The notes under the pieces are model-generated. The model ran no database searches and was not told the DNA's origin. It was given only the letters and a program-made list of their open reading frames with translations. This document shows positions 34,057-43,889 of a stretch of DNA of 48,872 nucleotides, piece after piece. Source of the DNA: Christensenellaceae bacterium (GTDB lineage: Bacteria > Bacillota > Clostridia > Christensenellales > CAAEEZ01); the NCBI GenBank assembly GCA_020024085.1, contig JAHHUG010000002.1, positions 1-48,872 on the forward strand, given 5' to 3'. The translations under genes and the position numbers were made by a program. How positions within the stretch are numbered: the first letter of the stretch is position 1; each line of letters opens with the position of its first letter.

Positions 34057-37000
34057 ATGAAAAAGACCAAATTTAGCAAATTATTAGTGCTATTATTAGT
34101 CGTTTGTATGACTATGTCAATACTTATGCTTTCTGCTTGTGCAAATGACAATAAAGTACCTAATGAGCCAAACAAAACCGACAAAGACACTCAACTAGTT
34201 AAAAATGGCGACTTCACCTTTAATACAGGTAACGACTATCCAAGAGTTCCTACTGCTTGGAGCGGTACAATCGGTGGTAGTGGTCAATGGCAACCAGAGG
34301 GTGGTATGGATGCTCTTAAAGTTGGTGTAATCAATGTAGGTAAAGATTACGAGCCTAACAAAAATAAATGGGGAGCTCTTAAAAATCCAGGTAAACACGA
34401 GGGTGCTAAAGATGACAACATCTTAATGCTTTACTCTACAAAACCTTCTTCTTATAGTTACACTTGCGATTCTTTTGCAATTGATGCTAACAAGTACTAT
34501 AAGTTAAGTTTTTGGGTAATGACAAATGCTAACATCACTGGTGAAAAAAATAAGGACGGAGTTATTGAAAAACATGGTGCTTATATCAATGTAAACGGTG
34601 GTAATGTAAACGGCAACTGGATTGACATCAAAACAAATGGCAAATGGCAAAAATTCGAAATGTATATTGAGGGTGGCGTAGCTAGCTCTAGCACACTTAA
34701 AATTACCTTTGGATTAGGCTACGGCGATAAAACTGATAAGCACCTTACACAAGGTTATGCTTTCTTTGATGATGTTGTTCTTGAGGAACTTGTTGATATT
34801 GACAACGGTTTAACTGCAAAACAACAATTTGATGCTGCTAAAGTGTACTACACTCCTCAAGCTGACACAGAAAACTATGAACACAAGGATTCTTTCAAAT
34901 TCAGCAATGCTAACTTCAGCAACTTCAACCGTTTCTATACAACTACTCCTTCATACCCTTATGGTTGGAATGATGGTGTTGGTGGTGTAGATGATGATAG
35001 AGCTAACAACATTCCTAGCGATGAAAGACCTAATGTTACAAAGGGTGTAATTAACCTAGACGCTACTTCCCTTGAACAAAACAAAGGTTCTTATGGCTTT
35101 GAAACTATCCCAGAGAACTTACAAAGAGTTGGTGCTGACAATTACGCTTTAATGCTATACACCAACAAAAACTATTCTGTAAACTATGTTGCTTCTTCAA
35201 GTATTACTATTGAGAAAGGCAAAATCTATCGTATCGGTGTATGGGCAAGAGCTCTTAATACTGTAAAAGATGTTGCAACAAGAGGCACAATTATGCTATA
35301 TAACGATAACGAAGAGTATCGTATTAGCTTTGATAGTAAAAATATCTACTTTACTGACCCTATCACAAAGGAAGAAAAGGTAGTTCCATTATCTAACCCT
35401 GACAATTGGAATGAAATTTCATTCTATGTAAGAGGTAACAATACTCACGATGTAAACTACAAATTAATGCTTGCTTTAGGTATGGACGGTAAGAGTAAAA
35501 GAGAAAATTGGTCTTGTGGTCATGTATTATTTGATGATATTAGCATTAAGTCTACAAAAGTAGATTCTTCTATCCCAGAAACAAGTTATATTGATGGTTG
35601 GGAAAAGGTTAATGCTGGCGAACTTAAAGATAACTATAACAATCTAAGTGCTCATATCGACCTTAACAAAAAGGACGGTAATATCCTAGCTAATGGTATT
35701 GCTAATGGTAACTTTGAAAATGGCACAAAGGTTCAAAATGGTCAAACTTTACCTAACGAGTTTAGCCTAATTGATAAAGTAACCGATGTATCATTTAACG
35801 GAAACATCAATGTAATTGACGCAAAAACAAATAATGTTGTTTTACCTTTTGAAGTAATCTACAAGTTCGGCTCTACTGCTGACACATCAAAGGTTGCTAC
35901 AAATTTATTAAAAATCAATTCTAAAGATGGTACAACTATTGGCATCAAGCACGACAGCAAGTTCACTGCAAAAATGAACAAACAATATCGTGTTGCGTTC
36001 TGGGTAAAAACTGAAGGTATCGACACAACTTCTGGTATGTTCTTTAGACTAAACATTTTGGATAAAGAGGACAAAGTTGTTGATACAAAAGAAATTAGAG
36101 CTAACTCTAAAGATATTCAAAAAGAGGCTAGCAACTTCAAGTCAGGTTGGCAAGAGGTAGTATTCTATATCTCTGGCGACAGCAGTGATGATATCAACTT
36201 CAATATCGAAATGCAATTTGGTGCTGGTACTCTATTCGAAAATAAACTAGCAAAAGGAACTGCTTATATCTACAATATAAACCTACAACAAATAGATAAA
36301 TCAGCTTTCACTAATGCTCAAACAAGTTCAATTATTGCAAAAGTTGACCTTTCTGCAAACTCAACTTCTTCTAACGAGAAGGTTGCAAACGGCAACTTTA
36401 ACAAATTTGTTACATCTTCTAGCTCTTTTGACAAAGATGGTAGATTAGATAAATTTGCTACTCCACAAAGTTGGTCTGTTTCTAACGACAATATTCCTAA
36501 AGAAGTACTAACCTACACCGAGAATGAAGGTGACAAGGAAGTAATAAAAGATAAAAAGGTTTCAAGAGGTATCATTGATATTAAAGATGAAGCTATCTTA
36601 AAAGCAATGCTTCAAAATGAAATTGGTGCTGACTACGATGCTTCTCTTGTTCAAAAATTGTTAAACCTAAATGATGCTAGCAAAAATAGATATGCACTAG
36701 GTATTTATTGTAAAGATAATATTATCAATACTTATAGGTCAAACTATATCAACCTAGAGGCAAACTCTTACTACTCTATTTCAATTAGAGTGTTCACTGC
36801 TCTTGGTGCAAAGGCTACTATCAAATTAGCTTCTAACTCTCCTCACGAGGAAGGCACTGATACATTCAGCAGTAAAGAATCAGTTGATGGCTGGACAGAA
36901 TATACATTCTTTATCAAGACTGGCTTAAGTAGTGCATCTGTTAACCTTGATTTATCAATCGGTAGTTTAGAAGATTATCTTACTGATAAAAAAGCAAACC

Positions 37001-38142
37001 CTAATACAACTATTGGTTTATCAAATGGTTTAGTATTATTTGACTACGCTACACTAACAACTCATACAAAAGATACTTATGAGCTTGCTAAAAAAGAGTT
37101 TGGCATTCCTGAAGCTAACCAACTTGAAATCAAGTTCAACACCGATGGTTTTGCTACCGACTCATACGATAAGCACAAACTAAATACTATCAATGGTTGG
37201 ACTTCAACTAACAATTCTCTAAACCAAGATATCGCAGGTGGTAGAACTCCTATCTTATCAGGTATTATTGACTGGACAAGATTTGATGAAAAAGAGATTT
37301 GGAAGTACGATACAACTGGCGAAACTGCATCAGATAAGATTTTAGATTATCAAAATAAAAAGAAAGCCATTGTAGATACTGCTAAAGCTAAGGCTAAAGA
37401 ATATGAAGCAACAAATTCTAAAGTAAGCTTCGGTAACTCTGTATTAATGATTGATAATATGGTTCCTGCTGGAATTACAATTTCTAACTCTAGTGCAAAG
37501 GAACTTGCAAGCGATAAATACTTTAAGATTAGTATCCTTGTATATGTTGATATCGAAACCAACGATAAGAACGAAGGTTTGACAATTTCATTAAAGATTA
37601 GCGATAAGGAAAACGGCACAATCAAGATTGAAAACATTCAATCTACAAATGGTTGGGTTGAGTATAGTTTCTATGTTAAGAATGTAAACGAAATTAAAGA
37701 TACTAAACTAAATGCTACACTTACAATGCAATTAGGTAAAACAGTAACCGTTGATAAAAAGGATACTCTAAATGCTGTAAAAGGAATTGTATTTGCCGAT
37801 AACTTTAATATCGTTGAGGCTACTAAAGAAGATTACGATACTGCTGTAAATGATAAACTAGATACTACTGCTACTATCGAGTATATCCCTGATACACCTA
37901 TTGACCCTGATAAAGAAAATACTAATAAACCTGCCGATAAAAACGAGGTTAACTGGCAAATGCTTTCTTGGGCAATCCCTACAATTATCCTTGCAGTAAT
38001 GCTACTAATTGTACTTGGTGTATTCCTATACAAGAAGTACTCTGGTCCTAAAACACATAAACACTTCAAGGGCGATAAGAAAAAGAATAAAGCTAAAAAG
38101 GCTGAGGTTCATAGCTCTGATGATTCTAAATTTGAGGACTAA
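34057..38142 (+). CDS. 1361-aa surface lipoprotein made of five CBM4/9-like beta-sandwich repeats, with a C-terminal TM anchor
   Basis: ATG at 34057 with AGGAG 5 nt upstream; the ORF-track start at 34003 is a TTG. Signal peptide MKKTKFSKLLVLLLVVCMTMSILMLSAC carries lipobox LSAC. There are five repeats, no catalytic domain recognised, a TM helix (WAIPTIILAVMLLIVLGVFLY) and a Lys-rich tail. Confidence 0.8.
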   Translation: MKKTKFSKLLVLLLVVCMTMSILMLSACANDNKVPNEPNKTDKDTQLVKNGDFTFNTGNDYPRVPTAWSGTIGGSGQWQPEGGMDALKVGVINVGKDYEPNKNKWGALKNPGKHEGAKDDNILMLYSTKPSSYSYTCDSFAIDANKYYKLSFWVMTNANITGEKNKDGVIEKHGAYINVNGGNVNGNWIDIKTNGKWQKFEMYIEGGVASSSTLKITFGLGYGDKTDKHLTQGYAFFDDVVLEELVDIDNGLTAKQQFDAAKVYYTPQADTENYEHKDSFKFSNANFSNFNRFYTTTPSYPYGWNDGVGGVDDDRANNIPSDERPNVTKGVINLDATSLEQNKGSYGFETIPENLQRVGADNYALMLYTNKNYSVNYVASSSITIEKGKIYRIGVWARALNTVKDVATRGTIMLYNDNEEYRISFDSKNIYFTDPITKEEKVVPLSNPDNWNEISFYVRGNNTHDVNYKLMLALGMDGKSKRENWSCGHVLFDDISIKSTKVDSSIPETSYIDGWEKVNAGELKDNYNNLSAHIDLNKKDGNILANGIANGNFENGTKVQNGQTLPNEFSLIDKVTDVSFNGNINVIDAKTNNVVLPFEVIYKFGSTADTSKVATNLLKINSKDGTTIGIKHDSKFTAKMNKQYRVAFWVKTEGIDTTSGMFFRLNILDKEDKVVDTKEIRANSKDIQKEASNFKSGWQEVVFYISGDSSDDINFNIEMQFGAGTLFENKLAKGTAYIYNINLQQIDKSAFTNAQTSSIIAKVDLSANSTSSNEKVANGNFNKFVTSSSSFDKDGRLDKFATPQSWSVSNDNIPKEVLTYTENEGDKEVIKDKKVSRGIIDIKDEAILKAMLQNEIGADYDASLVQKLLNLNDASKNRYALGIYCKDNIINTYRSNYINLEANSYYSISIRVFTALGAKATIKLASNSPHEEGTDTFSSKESVDGWTEYTFFIKTGLSSASVNLDLSIGSLEDYLTDKKANPNTTIGLSNGLVLFDYATLTTHTKDTYELAKKEFGIPEANQLEIKFNTDGFATDSYDKHKLNTINGWTSTNNSLNQDIAGGRTPILSGIIDWTRFDEKEIWKYDTTGETASDKILDYQNKKKAIVDTAKAKAKEYEATNSKVSFGNSVLMIDNMVPAGITISNSSAKELASDKYFKISILVYVDIETNDKNEGLTISLKISDKENGTIKIENIQSTNGWVEYSFYVKNVNEIKDTKLNATLTMQLGKTVTVDKKDTLNAVKGIVFADNFNIVEATKEDYDTAVNDKLDTTATIEYIPDTPIDPDKENTNKPADKNEVNWQMLSWAIPTIILAVMLLIVLGVFLYKKYSGPKTHKHFKGDKKKNKAKKAEVHSSDDSKFED
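34195..37818 (+). repeat. Five tandem, highly diverged protein-level repeats (~200-230 aa each) within the giant lipoprotein
   Basis: Approximate repeat units: 34195-34788, 34891-35550, 35689-36288, 36376-37059 and 37123-37818. Each shows the same ordered motifs: NG(D/N)F, G(V/I)I(N/D), (L/A)LM(L/I), (K)YY(K/R)hS(F/V)WV, GW(x)Eh(x)FYh, h(x)h(x)hG, then G(x)hhFDDh. No nucleotide-level repetition was seen. Confidence 0.7.
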
Positions 38143-38154
38143 AACTTAATAACT

Positions 38155-38183
38155 AAAGGCTAACTTCGGTTAGCCTTTTTTAT
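38155..38183 (+). terminator. Rho-independent terminator after the giant lipoprotein gene
   Basis: AAAGGCTAAC, loop TTCG, GTTAGCCTTT, then a T-run. Confidence 0.75.
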
Positions 38184-38381
38184 TACCATTTTATTTATAT
38201 AATTAAATAATATCTATTTATATTTATTTTTAATTAGTTAATCATATCTTTGTATATATTCAATTTATCATAAATACGATATTCTACATATTTTGATTTT
38301 GTTTGCATAGTTTTTGAACTGGTTTTATATATTTATATAAATGAGGTATTCGCTATAAAACAAACTATTTTCAAATCCTTT

Positions 38382-39809
38382 ATGTTAGTAACTGTATTTT
38401 CCGTACTGACAAGGTTTTTATCATTTATATACAAGATAATTATTTCCCGTCATTTTGGTGCTGAATCGGTTGGAATATTCCAAATGAGTGTATCTTTTTT
38501 GGGATTTTTTATTGCACTAAATTCTGGGTTACCGTTAGTTCTAAGTAGAAAAATTGCAGAAAAAACAAACGACCTTGATGACTTTAGAAAGGTCACTTTT
38601 TGCTTGCTCTACTCTATTTTGTTATGCACTGTTATCAGTATTATTTTAATTCTTTCAAAGGGTTTTATGGAGGTTTATTTCCAAAATAAAAAGGCTATCA
38701 CCGTATTCTACATATTACTCCCTGCACTATTTTCTACAACTATTTATTCGGTAATTAGGGCTTGGTTACTTGGTCATAAAATGTTTTTATCCTTTTCTTC
38801 AACCGAACTACTTGAAGAAGTGCTAACCATTTTTATTACATTTATTCTTACTATGACACTTTCATATAGTGGAGAAATTTTGATTGCAATGTCTGTTGCT
38901 ATTGCTGATGTTGTGTGCATTATAGTACTACTTATTATATACTTTATTAAGGGTGGAAGATTAGTTAAACCAACTAACCAAATTGACCTAATTAAAAGCT
39001 CTATACCTATTACAACTAACCGTATTGTTTCGTCACTAACGGGCACATTTTCTGCCTTTATTATTCCATATATGCTAATGGAGTACGGCGAAAGTTTATC
39101 CTCTGCTACTGCAACATTTGGAAGATTTACAGGTATGTGTATGCCTCTAATTTCTGCACCCTCTGCTCTAATCGGTTCACTTGCAATTGTGCTTATTCCA
39201 GAACTTGCAAGCCTTAAAACAGCAGGATACAACGGTGCTAGCAAAAAAATAGAGAAATCACTAACCTTTAGCATACTTGTTGCAGGATTATTTGTGGGAA
39301 TATTTCTTCCACTTGGTAAAGAAATTACCTTACTTGTTTTTAATGATGAAATGAGTGGATATTATGTAAGTATTTCTGCTGTAATTATATTTCCACTTGT
39401 ACTAAACCAACTTTCAACAAGCGTTCTAAACACACTAAATAAGGAAAATATAACACTACGAAATTTTATTATTGGCAATATTCCTTTGCTACTAATAATC
39501 ACTTTTGCAACCAAATATATAGGTATAATTTCCCTTGCTGTTGGCTTTTTTGTATCATTCTTTATTAACTCCACACTGAACCTTTATACACTTAACAAAG
39601 AGGGTAAATTATCAGTAAAATTATACAAAAATATCTGCCTTGTAGTAATTTTTTGCTTACTATGTAGCTATTTGATTGAACTTATTACAAAATATTTGCA
39701 CTTTGGAAATCTACTAACCATACTAATTTGCTCAATTATATATGTGATTTTGTATTTTATACTATGTTATTTTAGTGGACTTTTGGATAAATTAAAAAAA
39801 ACTGAATAA
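38382..39809 (+). CDS. MOP-superfamily flippase (SpoVB/MurJ/Wzx-like)
   Basis: 475 aa from the first ATG, ~12-14 TM. The N-terminal region LTRFLSFIYKIIISRHFGAESVGIFQM aligns with my recollection of SpoVB. The true start may be upstream (see findings). Confidence 0.75.
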   Translation: MLVTVFSVLTRFLSFIYKIIISRHFGAESVGIFQMSVSFLGFFIALNSGLPLVLSRKIAEKTNDLDDFRKVTFCLLYSILLCTVISIILILSKGFMEVYFQNKKAITVFYILLPALFSTTIYSVIRAWLLGHKMFLSFSSTELLEEVLTIFITFILTMTLSYSGEILIAMSVAIADVVCIIVLLIIYFIKGGRLVKPTNQIDLIKSSIPITTNRIVSSLTGTFSAFIIPYMLMEYGESLSSATATFGRFTGMCMPLISAPSALIGSLAIVLIPELASLKTAGYNGASKKIEKSLTFSILVAGLFVGIFLPLGKEITLLVFNDEMSGYYVSISAVIIFPLVLNQLSTSVLNTLNKENITLRNFIIGNIPLLLIITFATKYIGIISLAVGFFVSFFINSTLNLYTLNKEGKLSVKLYKNICLVVIFCLLCSYLIELITKYLHFGNLLTILICSIIYVILYFILCYFSGLLDKLKKTE

Positions 39810-39838
39810 AAATAAAACATTTTGGCAAAATTTTATAT

Positions 39839-40537
39839 ATGCTTATAATTTTTGTTAGATGTATAATAATTTATGTTGCTTTGCTAGTTGTAATGAGGCT
39901 TATGGGCAAACGACAACTAGGCGAACTACAACCATTTGAATTTGTAATTACCTTGATTATTGCAGATGTCGCTTCTATTCCTATGCAAGATACAGCTATA
40001 CCGATTTTGCACGGAATAATTCCTATCTTTACAATATTTATAGTACATTTATTAATTTCAAAGCTCAACTTCAAAAGCATTCGATTTAGGAAATTAATTG
40101 ATGGCAAACCAACAATTATAATAAACAAAAACGGGCTTGATTACAAGGCTATGAAGTCATTAAATATGCATATAAACGACCTTATGGAGTCGCTTCGAGG
40201 ACAAGGTTACTTCAACCTAAAAGATGTGCAAATGGCGATTGTTGAGACCAACGGAACACTATCGGTACTACCTAAATTTAGTGCGACAGAGGTAACAAAT
40301 AATGACCTCAAAATTGAAGGAAATGAAAACTGCATGCCATACAACATAATTTTGGAAGGAAAGATTATGGCTGAAACCCTAAAAAAATATGGCAAAATGG
40401 ATAAAGCTGACATAAAAAAATTATTAAAAAAATATAAACTCAAGGTAAAACAAGTATACCTATTATCCATTGATGATAATAATGAAATGTTTTTGCAACC
40501 ATTCAAAAGTCCTTCAATTAGTGAGGTATTGGAATGA
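39839..40537 (+). CDS. DUF421 (YetF/YrbG-like) membrane protein
   Basis: 232 aa. MRLMGKRQLGELQPFEFVITLIIADV is the family signature as I recall it. The C-terminal part is soluble. Confidence 0.75.
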   Translation: MLIIFVRCIIIYVALLVVMRLMGKRQLGELQPFEFVITLIIADVASIPMQDTAIPILHGIIPIFTIFIVHLLISKLNFKSIRFRKLIDGKPTIIINKNGLDYKAMKSLNMHINDLMESLRGQGYFNLKDVQMAIVETNGTLSVLPKFSATEVTNNDLKIEGNENCMPYNIILEGKIMAETLKKYGKMDKADIKKLLKKYKLKVKQVYLLSIDDNNEMFLQPFKSPSISEVLE

Positions 40538-40914
40538 AAAGAGATATGATTGCAATAATTTTGCTTGCTTTGATACTTGGAGTTGGAATATATGAGGATA
40601 TTTATTTTAACAAAATAATTAACGAACTTGATAATAATTTGATAGTGATTGAACAACAAATTTTTGATAACAAAAAAGAGGAAAGCATTGAAGCCTGCTC
40701 CAACCTATCTAAATATTGGGACGAAAAAAACCTATTTTTAGAGATAGTATTCTATAACCCAAATATCAAAAATGTTAGCCTTGACCTACACGAAATACTA
40801 GGTGCCCTTGTAATTGACGACTTGAAATCTGCTCAAGCAAGGGTATATGTACTACGAAAAAGGTTGGAGGCACTTAAAGAGACGATGAGTTTTTCACTAA
40901 TAAGTGTAATATAG
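40534..40914 (+). CDS. DUF4363-like small membrane-anchored protein
   Basis: 126 aa with an N-terminal TM helix and an ATGA overlap with the DUF421 gene. This pairing is frequent in Clostridia as I recall it. Confidence 0.6.
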   Translation: MKRDMIAIILLALILGVGIYEDIYFNKIINELDNNLIVIEQQIFDNKKEESIEACSNLSKYWDEKNLFLEIVFYNPNIKNVSLDLHEILGALVIDDLKSAQARVYVLRKRLEALKETMSFSLISVI

Positions 40915-41001
40915 TTAACATTTCAAAATTCAAAATTTTCTAGCTAACTTATATTTTACCCTAACATATTCAAATAATTTAATAGCAATTAAATAAACAT
41001 C

Positions 41002-41034
41002 AAAAAAAGCCTAACAAACTGTTAGACTTTTTTA
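41002..41034. terminator. Bidirectional terminator between the convergent DUF4363 and uvrA genes
   Basis: A7, AGCCTAAC, loop AAACT, GTTAGACT (one mismatch), then T6. Confidence 0.6.
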
Positions 41035-41065
41035 CTTATTATTACATATTCAACACTTTATCGTG

Positions 41066-43888
41066 CTATTTGTTACCTTTAAGCATAGGTTTAAGAAATT
41101 CACCAGTATAGCTACCTTTTACCATTGCAACCTCCTCTGGAGTGCCTTCAGCAACAATATTGCCACCTCCGTCGCCACCCTCTGGACCTAAATCAATTAT
41201 GTGGTCTGCAATTTTAATTACATCAAGGTTATGCTCAATTACTACAACAGTATTACCCGAATCAACAAGTTTTTGTAGTATTTTAATAAGCTTTTCAATA
41301 TCGTAGCTATGAAGTCCAGTTGTTGGCTCATCTAGGATATAAAGTGTTCTACCAGTACTTCGTTTTGATAGCTCGGTTGCAAGTTTTACTCTTTGAGCCT
41401 CGCCACCACTTAATGTTGTTGAAGATTGACCTAGTGTGATATAACCTAATCCAACATCATTTACTGTCTTTAGTTTACGATAAATACTAGGCACATTTTC
41501 AAAGAATGCCATTGCATCTTCGACAGTCATATTCAGCACATCGCTAATGTTTTTATCCTTGTAGGTAACCTCAAGAGTTTCCTTATTATATCTTGTACCC
41601 TTACAAACCTCGCAAGGCACATAGATATCTGGTAAAAAGTGCATTTCAATCTTTCGTACACCATCACCCTCGCAATGCTCACATCTACCACCTGCCACAT
41701 TAAAACTAAATCTACCTGGCTTGTAGCCCCTTGCTTTTGCCTCTTTTGTGCTTGCAAAAAGCTCACGGATTGGGGTAAATACCTCTACATATGTTGCAGG
41801 ATTACTCCTTGGAGTTCTACCTATTGGCGATTGGTCAATTTGTATTACTTTGTCAAGGTTTTCTAGCCCCTCAATTGTATCACAATTGCCATAAGTTAGC
41901 CTTGCGTGATTAAGTTTATCTGCAAGGTACGGATACAAAATCTCATTAATTAAGCTACTTTTTCCACTACCCGACACACCAGTAATTACATTAAACACTC
42001 CAAGTGGGATATTTACATCAATGTTTTTAAGGTTATTTTGTTTTGCACCCCTTATGGTTAGCATTTTATCCTTGTTGATTGGTCTACGAGTTTCCGGAAC
42101 TTTAATTTGTCTTTCTCCTGATAAATACTTGCCCGTTATTGACTTTTTATTAGCAATAATATCATCAATTGTACCCTCTGCAACAAGTTTTCCACCGTGC
42201 TTACCTGCCTTTGGTCCAATATCTACAATCCAATCTGCCCTACGCATAGTTTCCTCATCGTGCTCAACTACAAGTAAGGTATTGCCAAGGTCACGAAGCC
42301 TTTCAAGTGTTTTTAATAGTTTTTCGTTATCCCTTTGATGAAGTCCTATACTTGGCTCATCTAGTACATACAACACACCAGTAAGTCCACTACCAATTTG
42401 CGAAGCAAGCCTTATTCTTTGAGACTCGCCACCACTTAAAGTACCTGCCGTTCTTGAAAGTGAAAGATAGCCTAGTCCTACATTATTCAAAAAATCTAGT
42501 CGTGAATTAATCTCCTTAATAATGCCACTTGCAATAAGTTTTTGCTCATCATTAAGCTCAAGATTTTTCATAAACTTTAATAACTCAATTACTGACATAT
42601 CGCAAAGCTCTGCAATATTTTTACCACCAACAGTGACTGCAAGTGCTTGCTCGTTAAGTCTTTTGCCATTACAAGCCTTACAAGGCTCTTGGATAATGTA
42701 TTTTGATAGTTCTTTTTTGGTGTATTCCGATGTGGTTTCGTGGTATCTTCTAAGAACATTATTTGCAACACCCTCAAAAGCTTGGTATGAAGTCATACTC
42801 ATATTTTGAGACTCGTATTGCATATTTACCCTTTCGCCATTTGAACCAAATAGCAAGATATTTTGGATATCTTCCCCTAAATCCTCAAATGGTGTATCCA
42901 TACTAAAACCATAATAATTAGCAAGTGCTGTAAATTGCATTTGTGTAATTTTGCCAGAATCAAGATTCCAACCACAAACCCTTAAAGCACCCTCTCTAAG
43001 TGACTTTGTGCTGTCTCCTATAAGCAATGGAATATTGACTGCATCGGTAAAACCTAATCCCGAACAAACAGGACAAGCACCATATGGAGAGTTAAAACTG
43101 AAAAATCTTGGCGTTAACTCCTCAATGCTGATATTACAAACGGGGCAAGCATACTTTGTAGAGAATAAAATTTCTTCTCCATCAATTTCTGCAATCACAA
43201 TGCCATCACTATGTTTTAGGGCAAGTTCTACACTATCGACCACCCTTTTTCTATCATCTTTTATAATAATTCTATCAACGACAATGGAAATATCGTGCTT
43301 TTTATTTTTGTCAAGCTCGATTTCCTCATCTAGCATTTTTACTTCGCCATCAACCTTTACACGAAGAAAACCCTCTTTTGTTAAGTCCTTAAATAGCTTT
43401 GAATATTCGCCTTTTCTACCACGAATAACTGGTGACAACACAAGCATTTTGCCACCCTCGTGAGCCATTATGCTATCAACAATTTGGTCAATGGTTTGTT
43501 GCTTGATTTCCCTGCCACACTTTGTACAATGTGGAATACCAACACGCGCAAATAACAATCTAAAGTAGTCGTAAATTTCGGTAACAGTACCAACGGTTGA
43601 CCTTGGATTGTTGTTTGTAGACTTTTGGTCGATTGATATACTTGGAGATAATCCCTCAATGCTTTCTACATCGGGCTTTTTCATTTGACCTAAAAATTGT
43701 CTTGCATAACTTGACAAACTCTCGATATATCTTCGTTGTCCCTCTGCATAAATGGTATCAAAAACAAGGGAAGATTTTCCACTACCCGATAATCCTGTAA
43801 AAACAACTATTTTGTCCCTCGGTATTGTAACACTAACATTTTTTAAGTTGTGTACTTTCGCCCCTTTTACTACTATTTTGTCGTTCAT
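41066..43888 (-). CDS. uvrA: Excinuclease ABC subunit A
   Basis: 940 aa. Two ABC modules ([18 protein letters not shown]; [16 protein letters not shown]) and zinc-finger cysteines. Confidence 0.95.
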   Translation of the reverse strand: MNDKIVVKGAKVHNLKNVSVTIPRDKIVVFTGLSGSGKSSLVFDTIYAEGQRRYIESLSSYARQFLGQMKKPDVESIEGLSPSISIDQKSTNNNPRSTVGTVTEIYDYFRLLFARVGIPHCTKCGREIKQQTIDQIVDSIMAHEGGKMLVLSPVIRGRKGEYSKLFKDLTKEGFLRVKVDGEVKMLDEEIELDKNKKHDISIVVDRIIIKDDRKRVVDSVELALKHSDGIVIAEIDGEEILFSTKYACPVCNISIEELTPRFFSFNSPYGACPVCSGLGFTDAVNIPLLIGDSTKSLREGALRVCGWNLDSGKITQMQFTALANYYGFSMDTPFEDLGEDIQNILLFGSNGERVNMQYESQNMSMTSYQAFEGVANNVLRRYHETTSEYTKKELSKYIIQEPCKACNGKRLNEQALAVTVGGKNIAELCDMSVIELLKFMKNLELNDEQKLIASGIIKEINSRLDFLNNVGLGYLSLSRTAGTLSGGESQRIRLASQIGSGLTGVLYVLDEPSIGLHQRDNEKLLKTLERLRDLGNTLLVVEHDEETMRRADWIVDIGPKAGKHGGKLVAEGTIDDIIANKKSITGKYLSGERQIKVPETRRPINKDKMLTIRGAKQNNLKNIDVNIPLGVFNVITGVSGSGKSSLINEILYPYLADKLNHARLTYGNCDTIEGLENLDKVIQIDQSPIGRTPRSNPATYVEVFTPIRELFASTKEAKARGYKPGRFSFNVAGGRCEHCEGDGVRKIEMHFLPDIYVPCEVCKGTRYNKETLEVTYKDKNISDVLNMTVEDAMAFFENVPSIYRKLKTVNDVGLGYITLGQSSTTLSGGEAQRVKLATELSKRSTGRTLYILDEPTTGLHSYDIEKLIKILQKLVDSGNTVVVIEHNLDVIKIADHIIDLGPEGGDGGGNIVAEGTPEEVAMVKGSYTGEFLKPMLKGNK

Positions 43889-43889
43889 A

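Noticed and set aside
40922-40937. A tandem 8-mer, TTCAAAAT TTCAAAAT, after the DUF4363 gene.
   Set aside because: There are only two copies of a low-complexity AT-rich word, which is expected by chance.
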